Shown piece by piece: positions 39,978 through 50,222 of a stretch of 64,000 bases of DNA (the first letter of the stretch is position 1; every line of letters begins with the position of its first letter). The notes below the pieces were generated by a model. It had not been told where the DNA came from. It worked only from the letters and a program-made list of their open reading frames with translations, and searched no databases. Made by a program: the position numbers and the translations under genes. Source of the DNA: a virus; the IMG/VR virus record IMGVR_UViG_3300021093_000045, positions 1-64,000 of that record. The stretch is one strand, 5' to 3'.

Positions 39978-42122
39978 ATGAAAGTAATACAAGTACATTT
40001 GGGTTTATTGCCTATTCCTCCTAATGGTTGGGGTGCTATAGAAAAAATAATTTGGGATTATTATCTTCAATTAAACAAAAAAGGATTGGAATGTGAGATC
40101 AAATTTTTGGACGATATAAAGTATAATGACAATACTATTGTTCACGTACATGTCGCTAATTTAGCAAATGAATGTCATAAACGTGGTATTCCATACATCT
40201 TTACTTTACACGATCATCATGCTTATCTTTATGGTAAAGATTCTCCAGTATTTAAAGAGAATTTAAAGGCTATAGAAAATAGTATTATATCAACATGTCC
40301 TGCAAAATATCTAGTTGACTACTTTGGTAGTAAAAAATTAAGATATTTTTCGCATGCTGTTAATACAGATACTTTTAAATACAAAAACTATAATAGAGAA
40401 AACTATAAACTATTATGTGTAGCTAATAATGGTTATGCGAACAATCAATCAGCCGATAGAAAAGGTTTTAAGTTTGCAATACAGGCGGCTAAAGAATTAA
40501 ACCTACCTATCACAATCGCCGGTCCAAGTAACAACAGGAAATTTTTTGAAACATTGGAGTCGTCATTAAACAATTATGAAAAGCTGACAAAAGTATTTGA
40601 TCTGGATGAAAATGGATTGATAGAGTTATATAACAACCATGATGTTTTTATACACGCATCAGAACTGGAAGCCGGTCATCCAAATCTAACTTTGTTGGAA
40701 GCTATGGCTTGTGGTCTTCCTGTAGTAGGAACATTTGAAGACAAAAAATACGAAGGTATGATTGTGGTTGATAGAAATACCAAACAAATCAAAGATGCTA
40801 TTGGAAAAGTTATTAGCAATTATGAACGCTATCATACAGAGGCATTAAAAGCTGCAAAAAATAATTCTTATGATAAGAGATCAGATCAGTTAATAGAACT
40901 ATACGATGAATATATTGATAAGTTATTTGCAAATAAATTTGTCAACATATACGACACATTGGATAAGAATACTAATCAAGCAACCATTACAGCTAATATA
41001 AACTATTCATTCAATGATAATGCGTGTATAGAAATAACAAATTGTGTTAATAAAGATGAATCGTTTGATGTGGTATTTAAAAACAGGGTAACCGATCAAG
41101 TTCTATATAACACAACTCTCAAAGATGGTTGGTGGGGAAGATGTGACTTTGCATATTATATTCCATTTAATATTTCAGTAAAAAGCAATTTAACAGGCAA
41201 GACTTTACTAGATTACGATTTAGATTTGACAGATAGAAATGTTTTGATTCAATTTGATACACCAGCGTTGGGTGATCAGTTGTGTTGGATGCCTATAACT
41301 GAACAATTCAGAGTAAAACATAAGTGTAATTTGTACGTAAAGATTCCAAATCTACGTCCATTTTTCGAAAAGAAATATAAGAATATCAAATTTTTGAATA
41401 TGGATGAATCCGGTCCAGAAATGTTTGCTACATATAAACCAGGCTGGTATGTGGATGATAAAACCATCAATACCAATAGATGTAAGACTGATATAAGAAA
41501 AGAGCCTCTACAAAAGATAGTTTCCGATTATCTAGGTTTGTCATATGTTCCAGAAAGACCTTTGTTAGATTTTCCATTAAAGCCTTCGACATTTACAAAA
41601 CCTACCGTGACTATTGCTACACAAAGTACATCACAATGTAAGTATTGGAATCACAAAGGAGGTTGGGAAATTGTTATCGAATACTTGAAGACTAAAGGAT
41701 TTGATGTTGTTTGTATAGATAAAAATTATAGTTGGGGTAATGGCGACAATATGAATGTTATACCTCAAAATGCTATTGATTTAACAGGTGATCATCCATT
41801 AAGTGATCGTATGAATCAAATATATCACAGCTCATTTTTTATAGGTTTACCATCGGGATTATCGTGGTTGTCATGGGCATTAGAAAAGCCAACCATATTG
41901 ATTAGTGGATTTTCATATGATTATACAGAGTTTGAAACTCCATATCGTGTGCAAAATAAAAATGTATGTACTGGTTGTTGGAATGATAATTATTTTGATA
42001 GGGGTAATTGGATGTGGTGTCCGAAGTCCGAGAAAAAGGAAATATTTGAATGTACAAAATCTATCACCCCACAAATGGTTATAGAAACAATTGATCGTCT
42101 AATTAAAGATAATAATTTATGA
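39978..42122 (+). CDS. GT4 glycosyltransferase fused to Aah/TibC-family autotransporter O-heptosyltransferase
   Basis: N-terminal IPP.GWGAIE, RKG, EAGHPNLTLLEAMACGLPV; C-terminal LGD...W, ATQST.QCKYWN, FIGLPSGLSWL.WA, ISGF...EF.TPYRV, CTGC...CP...FECTKSI four-Cys iron finger. Confidence 0.88.
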   Translation: MKVIQVHLGLLPIPPNGWGAIEKIIWDYYLQLNKKGLECEIKFLDDIKYNDNTIVHVHVANLANECHKRGIPYIFTLHDHHAYLYGKDSPVFKENLKAIENSIISTCPAKYLVDYFGSKKLRYFSHAVNTDTFKYKNYNRENYKLLCVANNGYANNQSADRKGFKFAIQAAKELNLPITIAGPSNNRKFFETLESSLNNYEKLTKVFDLDENGLIELYNNHDVFIHASELEAGHPNLTLLEAMACGLPVVGTFEDKKYEGMIVVDRNTKQIKDAIGKVISNYERYHTEALKAAKNNSYDKRSDQLIELYDEYIDKLFANKFVNIYDTLDKNTNQATITANINYSFNDNACIEITNCVNKDESFDVVFKNRVTDQVLYNTTLKDGWWGRCDFAYYIPFNISVKSNLTGKTLLDYDLDLTDRNVLIQFDTPALGDQLCWMPITEQFRVKHKCNLYVKIPNLRPFFEKKYKNIKFLNMDESGPEMFATYKPGWYVDDKTINTNRCKTDIRKEPLQKIVSDYLGLSYVPERPLLDFPLKPSTFTKPTVTIATQSTSQCKYWNHKGGWEIVIEYLKTKGFDVVCIDKNYSWGNGDNMNVIPQNAIDLTGDHPLSDRMNQIYHSSFFIGLPSGLSWLSWALEKPTILISGFSYDYTEFETPYRVQNKNVCTGCWNDNYFDRGNWMWCPKSEKKEIFECTKSITPQMVIETIDRLIKDNNL

Positions 42123-43759
42123 AAATAGTAGGTAGCTACATAGGACCACATGATGTTGGCGTTGCTTTAATTGAGAATAATCAAATATTAGCTTGTTATT
42201 CCGAAGAAAGATTCACAAGAGTTAAATCAGCACACGCAGGTTGTATATTCCCAATCAATAGTCTAGATGCTTTACAAAAAAACTTTAATTTTGATATTAA
42301 CGATCCAAACGTAAAATTTGCTTGTGCTAAACCTATAGCTACAGAACATAAATTTTTGCGTGATATTGTAAATAACAGAGAACTTAGAACTATTGGACAC
42401 GAATATGCACACGCATGCGGTGCTTATTATACATCCGGCTTTAACGAAAATACATTAATCGTTGCATATGATGGTGGCGATTGTGGCGATGATGATTGGA
42501 CAATATTGAATAAAGAAAATTATGATCGTTATAATCCGTGGAAGGCAAAAAACGATAGTCAAACTGCATGTTATATTGTTAAAAATGGTAAACTAATTGA
42601 AATTGGTGAACGTGTTAAAAATGGAAGCGTTGCTAATCTTTGGTTTTTGATGTGTTTGATATTTGGTCTTACTCCTATTAAAGACGAGGGTAAGATTATG
42701 GGTCTTGCTGCGCAGGGAAAATTCAATCAAAAGATATTTGATACATTGAATTTCTTTGTGCAAAACGATATGTTAAAAGCATCGTGTATGATTCAGGAAA
42801 AGTACACCACATTGTTGAAAACACTATCAAAAGAAGATGCTTTGAATCTAAAAAGAGATTTAGCATACAATCTACAATATATCAGCGAAATTACTATTCT
42901 TAATTTTATAAAGAAATATTACGATGAGTATGGACCATTTGATAATCTATGTTTAGCAGGTGGTATTTTTGCAAATGTTAAAATCAACCAAAAGATAAAC
43001 GAATTATTACCATTTAAAGAGATGTGGGTATATCCTGCTATGAATGATGAAGGATTATCTCTTGGATCAGCAATTGCATATGCTGTAGAATTGGGTGTGT
43101 TTACAAATAGAAGAATTGATAATGTATTTCTTGGTAATAAAACATCATATCAAGACACACAAATTGATATTGATAATTTCCAATCCAATTTTGGAAAGAC
43201 ACTAGCATCCGAAGATTTAGATTTTAATAAAATTGGAGACTATCTGGTTGATGGTAAAGTTATTGGTATATTTGATGGTGCTACAGAATATGGTCCAAGA
43301 GCTTTAGGTTCACGTTCTATTGTTGTAGAGCCAACCAGAAAAGAAACTCATGCATATATAAATGAAAGATTAAAACGTGACGATATTATGCCATTCGCAC
43401 CTATAGTCATGGAAGAATACATTGAGGATGTATGCTATGTATATAAATCTAAAAGAACTGCAGAGTTTATGACTTTATGTTATACCGTAAAAGAACAATG
43501 GGCCAATAAAATACCGGCGGTTATAAATTTTTATGATAATACAGCTAGACCACAAGTTGTAAATAAATATAGACATTCTCTATTTCATAAGATACTTTCC
43601 GCTTATAATCATCGATCTAAAATACCCGTTTTAATGAATACAAGTTTTAATGGTCATGGAGAGCCTATTATCAATTCACCAAATCACGCACTAAAACATT
43701 TGGCTGAAGGTACTGTAGATCTTTTAATTATTAACAATAAAATTTATAAATTAGTATGA
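42119..43759 (+). CDS. carbamoyltransferase (NodU/CmcH/TobZ family)
   Basis: HD, EERF.RVK, HE.AHA, EGKIMGLA, AGG.FANVKIN, PAM.DEG.SLG, EYGPRALGSRSI, PFAP, TARPQ, NTSFN.HGEPI. Confidence 0.95.
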   Translation: MKIVGSYIGPHDVGVALIENNQILACYSEERFTRVKSAHAGCIFPINSLDALQKNFNFDINDPNVKFACAKPIATEHKFLRDIVNNRELRTIGHEYAHACGAYYTSGFNENTLIVAYDGGDCGDDDWTILNKENYDRYNPWKAKNDSQTACYIVKNGKLIEIGERVKNGSVANLWFLMCLIFGLTPIKDEGKIMGLAAQGKFNQKIFDTLNFFVQNDMLKASCMIQEKYTTLLKTLSKEDALNLKRDLAYNLQYISEITILNFIKKYYDEYGPFDNLCLAGGIFANVKINQKINELLPFKEMWVYPAMNDEGLSLGSAIAYAVELGVFTNRRIDNVFLGNKTSYQDTQIDIDNFQSNFGKTLASEDLDFNKIGDYLVDGKVIGIFDGATEYGPRALGSRSIVVEPTRKETHAYINERLKRDDIMPFAPIVMEEYIEDVCYVYKSKRTAEFMTLCYTVKEQWANKIPAVINFYDNTARPQVVNKYRHSLFHKILSAYNHRSKIPVLMNTSFNGHGEPIINSPNHALKHLAEGTVDLLIINNKIYKLV

Positions 43760-44283
43760 ATTCTAAAAATGGTTATTTTAAAATAGATTATATCACTTCC
43801 GTACAGAGGTTAAACTTCTATAATGTACCCCAAAAATATATCAACCATGCATTACACTATGTAATGAAAAGTAGTACAAATCAATACTATTCCACAGAAA
43901 ATATAAAATTTGGATATTGGTATACAAAACCAGAATTCATTCCTTTAGAATTTGATTCTATAAAATTATATGCGTTTGATATGGATACTGGTGTAGAATG
44001 TATAGATGAGTATAATTTTAAAATATCAGATTTCAATTTTATGTTTAACTTGAAGACCGATAATATTGATGAAGCAAACGTGTGGACTAAGTATATTGAT
44101 TTATTTAATAAAGTAAATAACACACGTTTCAAATATGGTATAAATTTAACTTTTTTTAATGAAAATTATGATAATTATGAAATCTCCAGACAAAAATATA
44201 ACCTCAAATACTCATTTCTAAAAAATGAGTTGGAGAAAATTCCGTCAATTGATATAATAAAAAAATTAGTTGGTAAAATTTAA
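43756..44283 (+). CDS. hypothetical protein, possible degenerate paralogue of the heptosyltransferase N-terminal region
   Basis: Last gene of the cluster; weak by-eye similarity to the middle of 39978. Confidence 0.65.
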   Translation: MNSKNGYFKIDYITSVQRLNFYNVPQKYINHALHYVMKSSTNQYYSTENIKFGYWYTKPEFIPLEFDSIKLYAFDMDTGVECIDEYNFKISDFNFMFNLKTDNIDEANVWTKYIDLFNKVNNTRFKYGINLTFFNENYDNYEISRQKYNLKYSFLKNELEKIPSIDIIKKLVGKI

Positions 44284-44359
44284 AAGTTATATAAATAGTA
44301 ACGTGTTCAGTTTTTTTGGCACTATTTATAAATTAAATAACATTTGAAAGGATTAAATT

Positions 44360-47300
44360 ATGCCAATAACAGAAGGTGGGAGATTTTCACCAGTACAAAA
44401 TATAGTAAGTCCTGGTGTATTTACTAGAGAAAATGATCTATCGGGGCTAGCCCAAGGTGTAGCCAATATCGGAGGTGCTATAGTAGCACCGTTTTCAGAC
44501 GGACCCGCATTTTTCCCAGCCAGAATTACAGAGGTTGCGGAGCTTGAACAACGATTTGGATTAGCAGATGGGGTATATTATGGTCCATATACCGCTAAAG
44601 AATACTTGTTACAACAAGGTGTGGTAACTGTTGTTCGTGTTGGTGGTTTGACCGGATACTGGCAAAAAAACCCATTGGTCATCTATGCTCAGCCAGGTTA
44701 TTGGAACAGAAATAGTGATTTGGGTGCATTGACTACCGCATCATTCATGTTTTTGGATAGTGATAATTATTCTTCAAATTTAATTCTAGAATATAGTTCA
44801 TCAGAACTTAAGTCAAGTACAACAGGTATTAAAGGATTAGCTGGTACTACTGGTAGAATATCATCATCATTAAGTGTAACCCGCGCTACTAATTTGGAAA
44901 TTCAACAATTCCTAGTATCAATTGGTTGGCCAACTATCGCAAATAGTAATACGTTGTCAGCCTCATTAGCATCGTCTGGTAGTAAAGGTAAATTGTTTAA
45001 AATTACTACAACGAACAATTCTTATATCTTCAGCGCATCTGTAGTGCAACAAGGATACAAAGTTCAACCATCAGGTGGATCTTCTGAATATGTCCTAGCA
45101 AACTTTGATTATCAAAAATACAAAATAGCAGGAAATATATCTGCTTCTATAGGTGCCACCAAATATTCAATTGCATTCTCATCTTCGTTTTTACCTAGTG
45201 CATATTATAATTATTTAACTCAATCTTATACATTGAATAGTAATAATGTTACATTTGGATTAGTCTTCGGTAGATATCCAGCTGATTGCGCTTTAGACTT
45301 TAGCAATGCTAGTATTAGCAGTTCAAAGTCAGACGCAGTATTTACATACAGACATGATACATCACGTTTAAGAGTAAATGGTATTGTAAGTGGTAAGTTC
45401 GCACCAAAAGCAGCAACAGCGGTTTATTATAGTAATTATAATGGTACGGGTGGATTTTTGAGTGGATCAGTACTATACGCGGGTAAACAAGTAACACTGG
45501 GTACTGTTAGCACCACCAATTCATCGGGCGCAAATACATATTTGCTAAGAAAGATCACCGGTACAACGCCAACAGCAGGAATTTTTGCTGGATACTATTA
45601 TTTGACCTCTAGTGTACAAAACCAAAACGTAACACCCGAGACTAAGATTGCTACGGCATTTAATGAAAGCTCTGAAACGGTAGCTTATTTGTCCGCATCT
45701 ATGACTTCAAGTGCGAAGGTAAGTTTGGATTATGATACAACCACATTTGATGTAAATGGTACATTATCACTACATAGTGCAAGTTTCAAGTCTATTAGAG
45801 GTGCAAGCACCTGTGGATCAAGTCTACAATTCTTGGGTCTAGTAGCTGGTGCTTATGGTGATTTTGATGGTACATTCACAAATCAAGACACATCTGGTGG
45901 TGATCCATGTAACCCAAATTCATCTGCAAGAAGCAAGATGGTATTGGCAGTATTGAATAATACTCAAAATGCTTCTTCACAATTCAACAATAGATATGAA
46001 GTATATGGTTTTGATACATCAACACTAAGTCAACTAACAAGTTCAGTATTCCCATATAAGGGATTGATTAATCCAAATGAAAATGCATATCAACTAATCT
46101 TAAAGTATAGCTTCGCAAATGATGATGGTACCACAAGTGCAGGAACATATGGTTATTATGACTTCACCCTAAATGAGAGTGATAATAATTTCGTTGGAAA
46201 TGTATTTGGATTTGATCCAACCGCTGGTAACCCAGCAAAACAAGTTGCTGGTCAAAAAGTAGAAGCTGCTTACAACTACATGTTGTTCCAAGATAGTATT
46301 CAAAGATTTGTCGCTGAAAAGACTCGTCCAAGTGCTGAAGGCGGTGGTTGGAAGTTGCTAGCAAATACAGCTCCAGAAGCTGGATTTGCAATTGGTGAAC
46401 CATTAAAGTTTGTTGACCAATACAGCACAAATCTTACTGCGGGTGATAGTCAATTTAGTATCACTAATGCATATACTCCATGGATCTACTCACAAAAGAT
46501 TGCTCCATTTAGAGGTAGTGCAAATGAATCCGCAGTACCAACCAAGTATCAATTGTTCAAGATACATACACTAAGTGATGGTACGTTGAGTAACAAGAAA
46601 TACAAGATTGAAATCAGCAACGTTAAGTTGGCTGGTACAGTCCCAGGTAGTGATTGGGGTTCATTCTCACTTGCAGTTCGTGCTTATAGTGACACAGATA
46701 AACGTCCAAAGTATTTGGAAATTTATCAAAACTTGAATTTAAATCCTGATAGTGCAAACTTCATTGCACGTAGAATTGGTGATCGTTACGCATACATCAC
46801 ATTCGCTGGTAAAATCATCGAATTTGGTACATATGTTAACTTGAGTCAATTCATCAGAATTGAAATGGCTGATGGTTTATATCCAGAAGTATCTGTACCA
46901 TATGGATTTGAATCATATTCTACTCCAGTCGCTGGTACTTTAGCAGATATTATTCCTCCGGTCAGATATAGCAAAGCAAGTATCTGGTCTCTAGCGCCTG
47001 GTAAATATAGTTGTGGTACAGTATTCAACGACGTACCTCAAGCCGACGATGAATTGGTATCTTTGTATCCAACTTCTTCAGCAAATGTTGGTGTATATAA
47101 CGATACCGACGAATATTTCAAACCATTGCCAAGTAGCGTAAATGGTATAAATATTGACTTTGACTTGGAAGACAAGACTCGAGGTACTCAAAACGCCAAG
47201 TTCTATGCAAATGGTACTGGTTCACTACTAGATCCATCCCTGAGTGGTAGTATTCCAAGTAACTATGATCCAGTTAATGAATCTACATACGTAAAACTAC

Positions 47301-48295
47301 GTAAGTTCCTAGTGGGATTCCAAGGTGGATTTGATGGTAAATGGCCATCAATTCCAATCGCTCTAGGAAGTGATATTACCGCTGGTAATACACAAGGTCT
47401 AGATTGTACAAATATCAATAGTCCAGGTAGTATTGCATACAAACAATGTATCGCTGCTCTAGGTAATGCGGATGAATTTGATATCAACTTGATTGTATTG
47501 CCTGGCATCTTCCGTGAACAACACAGCTACGTAACTGAAATTACAATCGATATGTGCGAAGCTCGTGGTGATTGTTTCTATATCATGGATAACGTCGTGT
47601 TCCCAGCAAGTAACCAAACTGTCGGATTGATTGATGCCGCCGTCAACTCAGTCGCTACAATTGATAGTAACTATGTTGCTACATATTATCCATGGGTAAA
47701 GATTCTAGATACTAATACCAACAAGATTATTAGTGTACCTCCTTCAGTGGTATTACCAGCAGTTTATGCTGCTAACGATAATGCATCTGCTGAATGGTAT
47801 GCTCCTGCTGGTCTAAATCGTGGTGGTATTCCAATCGCTGTACAAGTTCTGGATAGAACTACACATAGTGAACGTGATGAATTGTACGAAGGTCGTGTAA
47901 ATCCAATCGCAGCCTTTCCAGGTCAAGGTATCTGTGTGTGGGGTCAAAAGACTCTACAAATTGCTCCAAGCGCTTTGGATCGTATCAATGTTCGTCGCTT
48001 GTTGATTAACTTGAAGAAGTTTATCGCAAGTTCAAGCAAATACTTGGTATTCGAACAAAACGTAGCTGCTACACGTAATAGATTCTTGAGTATCGTAAAT
48101 CCATATTTAGAATCTGTACAACAACGTAATGGTATCTATGCTTATCAAGTTAAGATGGATGAACAAAACAATACACCTGACCTAATTGATAGAAATATCC
48201 TTTATGGTCAAATCTTCATCCAACCAGCTAGAACTGCTGAATTCATTATCCTTGACTTCAACATTCTACCAACTGGTGCTAGTTTCGGTGAATAA
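44360..48295 (+). CDS. contractile tail sheath protein (gp18-like) with large insertion
   Basis: VSPGVFTREND, YYPWVKI, WYAPAGLNRG, VNPI..FPGQG..VWGQKTLQ, SALDRINVRRLL, QPARTAEFI. Confidence 0.95.
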   Translation: MPITEGGRFSPVQNIVSPGVFTRENDLSGLAQGVANIGGAIVAPFSDGPAFFPARITEVAELEQRFGLADGVYYGPYTAKEYLLQQGVVTVVRVGGLTGYWQKNPLVIYAQPGYWNRNSDLGALTTASFMFLDSDNYSSNLILEYSSSELKSSTTGIKGLAGTTGRISSSLSVTRATNLEIQQFLVSIGWPTIANSNTLSASLASSGSKGKLFKITTTNNSYIFSASVVQQGYKVQPSGGSSEYVLANFDYQKYKIAGNISASIGATKYSIAFSSSFLPSAYYNYLTQSYTLNSNNVTFGLVFGRYPADCALDFSNASISSSKSDAVFTYRHDTSRLRVNGIVSGKFAPKAATAVYYSNYNGTGGFLSGSVLYAGKQVTLGTVSTTNSSGANTYLLRKITGTTPTAGIFAGYYYLTSSVQNQNVTPETKIATAFNESSETVAYLSASMTSSAKVSLDYDTTTFDVNGTLSLHSASFKSIRGASTCGSSLQFLGLVAGAYGDFDGTFTNQDTSGGDPCNPNSSARSKMVLAVLNNTQNASSQFNNRYEVYGFDTSTLSQLTSSVFPYKGLINPNENAYQLILKYSFANDDGTTSAGTYGYYDFTLNESDNNFVGNVFGFDPTAGNPAKQVAGQKVEAAYNYMLFQDSIQRFVAEKTRPSAEGGGWKLLANTAPEAGFAIGEPLKFVDQYSTNLTAGDSQFSITNAYTPWIYSQKIAPFRGSANESAVPTKYQLFKIHTLSDGTLSNKKYKIEISNVKLAGTVPGSDWGSFSLAVRAYSDTDKRPKYLEIYQNLNLNPDSANFIARRIGDRYAYITFAGKIIEFGTYVNLSQFIRIEMADGLYPEVSVPYGFESYSTPVAGTLADIIPPVRYSKASIWSLAPGKYSCGTVFNDVPQADDELVSLYPTSSANVGVYNDTDEYFKPLPSSVNGINIDFDLEDKTRGTQNAKFYANGTGSLLDPSLSGSIPSNYDPVNESTYVKLRKFLVGFQGGFDGKWPSIPIALGSDITAGNTQGLDCTNINSPGSIAYKQCIAALGNADEFDINLIVLPGIFREQHSYVTEITIDMCEARGDCFYIMDNVVFPASNQTVGLIDAAVNSVATIDSNYVATYYPWVKILDTNTNKIISVPPSVVLPAVYAANDNASAEWYAPAGLNRGGIPIAVQVLDRTTHSERDELYEGRVNPIAAFPGQGICVWGQKTLQIAPSALDRINVRRLLINLKKFIASSSKYLVFEQNVAATRNRFLSIVNPYLESVQQRNGIYAYQVKMDEQNNTPDLIDRNILYGQIFIQPARTAEFIILDFNILPTGASFGE

Positions 48296-48312
48296 AGCAT
48301 AAATTAAACAAG

Positions 48313-48343
48313 AACCCCGGCCCTAAAAAGCCGGGGGTTTTTT
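48313..48343 (+). terminator. intrinsic terminator
   Basis: aaccccggc-cctaaaaa-gccgggggtt plus T run. Confidence 0.85.
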
Positions 48344-48387
48344 GTTTATATATATTATTTTTATTATAATTTACATATTTATAAGCG

Positions 48388-49155
48388 ATGATTAGTCTTT
48401 CAGACCTACTAATAGAAGCTAAGTTACCAATTAGCGAGCAAGATATGGACTTGTATGCCAAAAAATACAAGAAAACCATAGATTATTTACGTAGTAAAAA
48501 CAAAATTTTATTATTAACCACTAGCAACAGATGGGTCAAACACAAAGAAGACGTTCCAAAAAGTAGCCAACTAGCTATCAAAATTCAAGAATTACTTGGC
48601 AAAGAAAAGGTAACCTTAATTGACACTACTAAGTTGCATATTGTTCCATGTGAAGGTAACGTAAGTAGTAACAAAGAGTTTGGTGGTAATCATTGTGGAA
48701 CGATTGGTTCTTTATTAAAAAACAAAGATCAGAATCCAAGTGGATATCATCGTTGTTGGGCAAGTTACAATGATAAAAGTGATGAATTATGGAAAATTAG
48801 TAAAGAATTATTTGAAAGCGATTGTGTAGTATTTTTTGCTAGTATAAGATGGGGTCAAGCTAACAGTTATTATCAAAAACTTATAGAAAGACTAACTTGG
48901 ATTGAAAATAGACATTCAACTCTAGGAGAAAAAAATATTGTAAAAGATATTGACGCCGGATTTATTGCTGTGGGACAAAATTGGAATGGTAAAGATGTAG
49001 CAGAAATTCAAAAAAATGTTCTAGAATTTTTTGGATTTAAAACGCCTGATCAATTATTTTGGAATTGGCAATTTACAGATAACGCGCTTGATGAAACTGC
49101 TCGTTCTTATTTGAAGGGTGTGTCTACATTTGAAAAAACATTTATTAAACCATGA
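48388..49155 (+). CDS. flavodoxin-fold / NADPH-dependent FMN reductase-like protein
   Basis: ILLLTTSNR, I.PCEGNVS..HC..RCW, DEL..I...L.ESD.VVFFASIRWG......KLIERL. Confidence 0.75.
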   Translation: MISLSDLLIEAKLPISEQDMDLYAKKYKKTIDYLRSKNKILLLTTSNRWVKHKEDVPKSSQLAIKIQELLGKEKVTLIDTTKLHIVPCEGNVSSNKEFGGNHCGTIGSLLKNKDQNPSGYHRCWASYNDKSDELWKISKELFESDCVVFFASIRWGQANSYYQKLIERLTWIENRHSTLGEKNIVKDIDAGFIAVGQNWNGKDVAEIQKNVLEFFGFKTPDQLFWNWQFTDNALDETARSYLKGVSTFEKTFIKP

Positions 49156-50204
49156 TAAAGCTAAGTAATATTTTGTCGGAAGTTCTCAAAGAAGGTGGTG
49201 CTGGTGGTCATATGGAGCATCCATTTGATTTTACATCTACTGCAAAAGAATTTATAAACGTTTTTCAAAAGTCAATCGCATCGTTGGAGAAAGGAACTGG
49301 TAGTGTCAAGATTGATGGTGTCAATGCTAGTATTCGTTTAGTCAATGGAGAATTTGTGATGGACCGTGGTAGTGCGAAACCACTAGACATTAAGGGAATG
49401 CGCCCACAAGATCTAAGTGCTAGATTTTTACCAAATCAAGAAACAGGTTCAGAACATGGGTTCATTAAAATTGGTACCAGAGTCATTCAAATATTTGATG
49501 AAGCTATACCAACAACTCAAAACGAATTGAAAGCTCTTGGGTTATTGAACAATCCAAACATTTTGTTGAACATTGAATATGTTGAAGGACAAACAAACGT
49601 TCTTGGATACGAAGACATTGGTAACTTTTTGGCAATTCATGGTTTAAAAGAAATAAAGCCAAAGACATTTGGTAAAGACGGTAGTGTCAAATCAAGAGTA
49701 GCTACTGAAATTTCTTATGATAAAACCGCAATGCAATCTTATATCAATAAGTTGAATTTGGTTGCTAAGAAATATGGATTTAAAGTATTAGGAAGTGTTG
49801 ATACTAAATTCAAAACTCGTCCAAATCTTTCAAAACCATTGGGCGAAAAAGTTACATTGTATCCTCAAGGAAAACCAGTAACCAAGAGTTTGAAAGATTG
49901 GTTGACTAATGTGACTATTCAAACACCGTTAATTACCCGTGAACAATTTCAGAAAGCAGCTGCAAGTAAAAATATTACGCGAGATTTTGAGGGTCAAGAC
50001 ATAGACAAGATAGTTAATGATATTATTGTTTATATTACTACAATCAAGTTGGGCGATGAAATTCTCAAGAATGCTACTAGTGAAATTGGTGATCTAGAAA
50101 AACATGAAGGCATTGTTGTAAGAGATCCAAGTATTCATAGTAAGCCATTTAAAATAACTGGTAGTTTCATTATTAGGGGACTACAAAGTGGTTTTGGTAA
50201 ATAA
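49152..50204 (+). CDS. ATP-dependent ligase-like nucleotidyltransferase-fold protein
   Basis: HMEHP, motif I-like VKIDG, NIEYV, motif IV-like EGIVVR, motif V-like FKITG. Confidence 0.6.
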   Translation: MIKLSNILSEVLKEGGAGGHMEHPFDFTSTAKEFINVFQKSIASLEKGTGSVKIDGVNASIRLVNGEFVMDRGSAKPLDIKGMRPQDLSARFLPNQETGSEHGFIKIGTRVIQIFDEAIPTTQNELKALGLLNNPNILLNIEYVEGQTNVLGYEDIGNFLAIHGLKEIKPKTFGKDGSVKSRVATEISYDKTAMQSYINKLNLVAKKYGFKVLGSVDTKFKTRPNLSKPLGEKVTLYPQGKPVTKSLKDWLTNVTIQTPLITREQFQKAAASKNITRDFEGQDIDKIVNDIIVYITTIKLGDEILKNATSEIGDLEKHEGIVVRDPSIHSKPFKITGSFIIRGLQSGFGK

Positions 50205-50222
50205 AATAAATACATATTTGTT

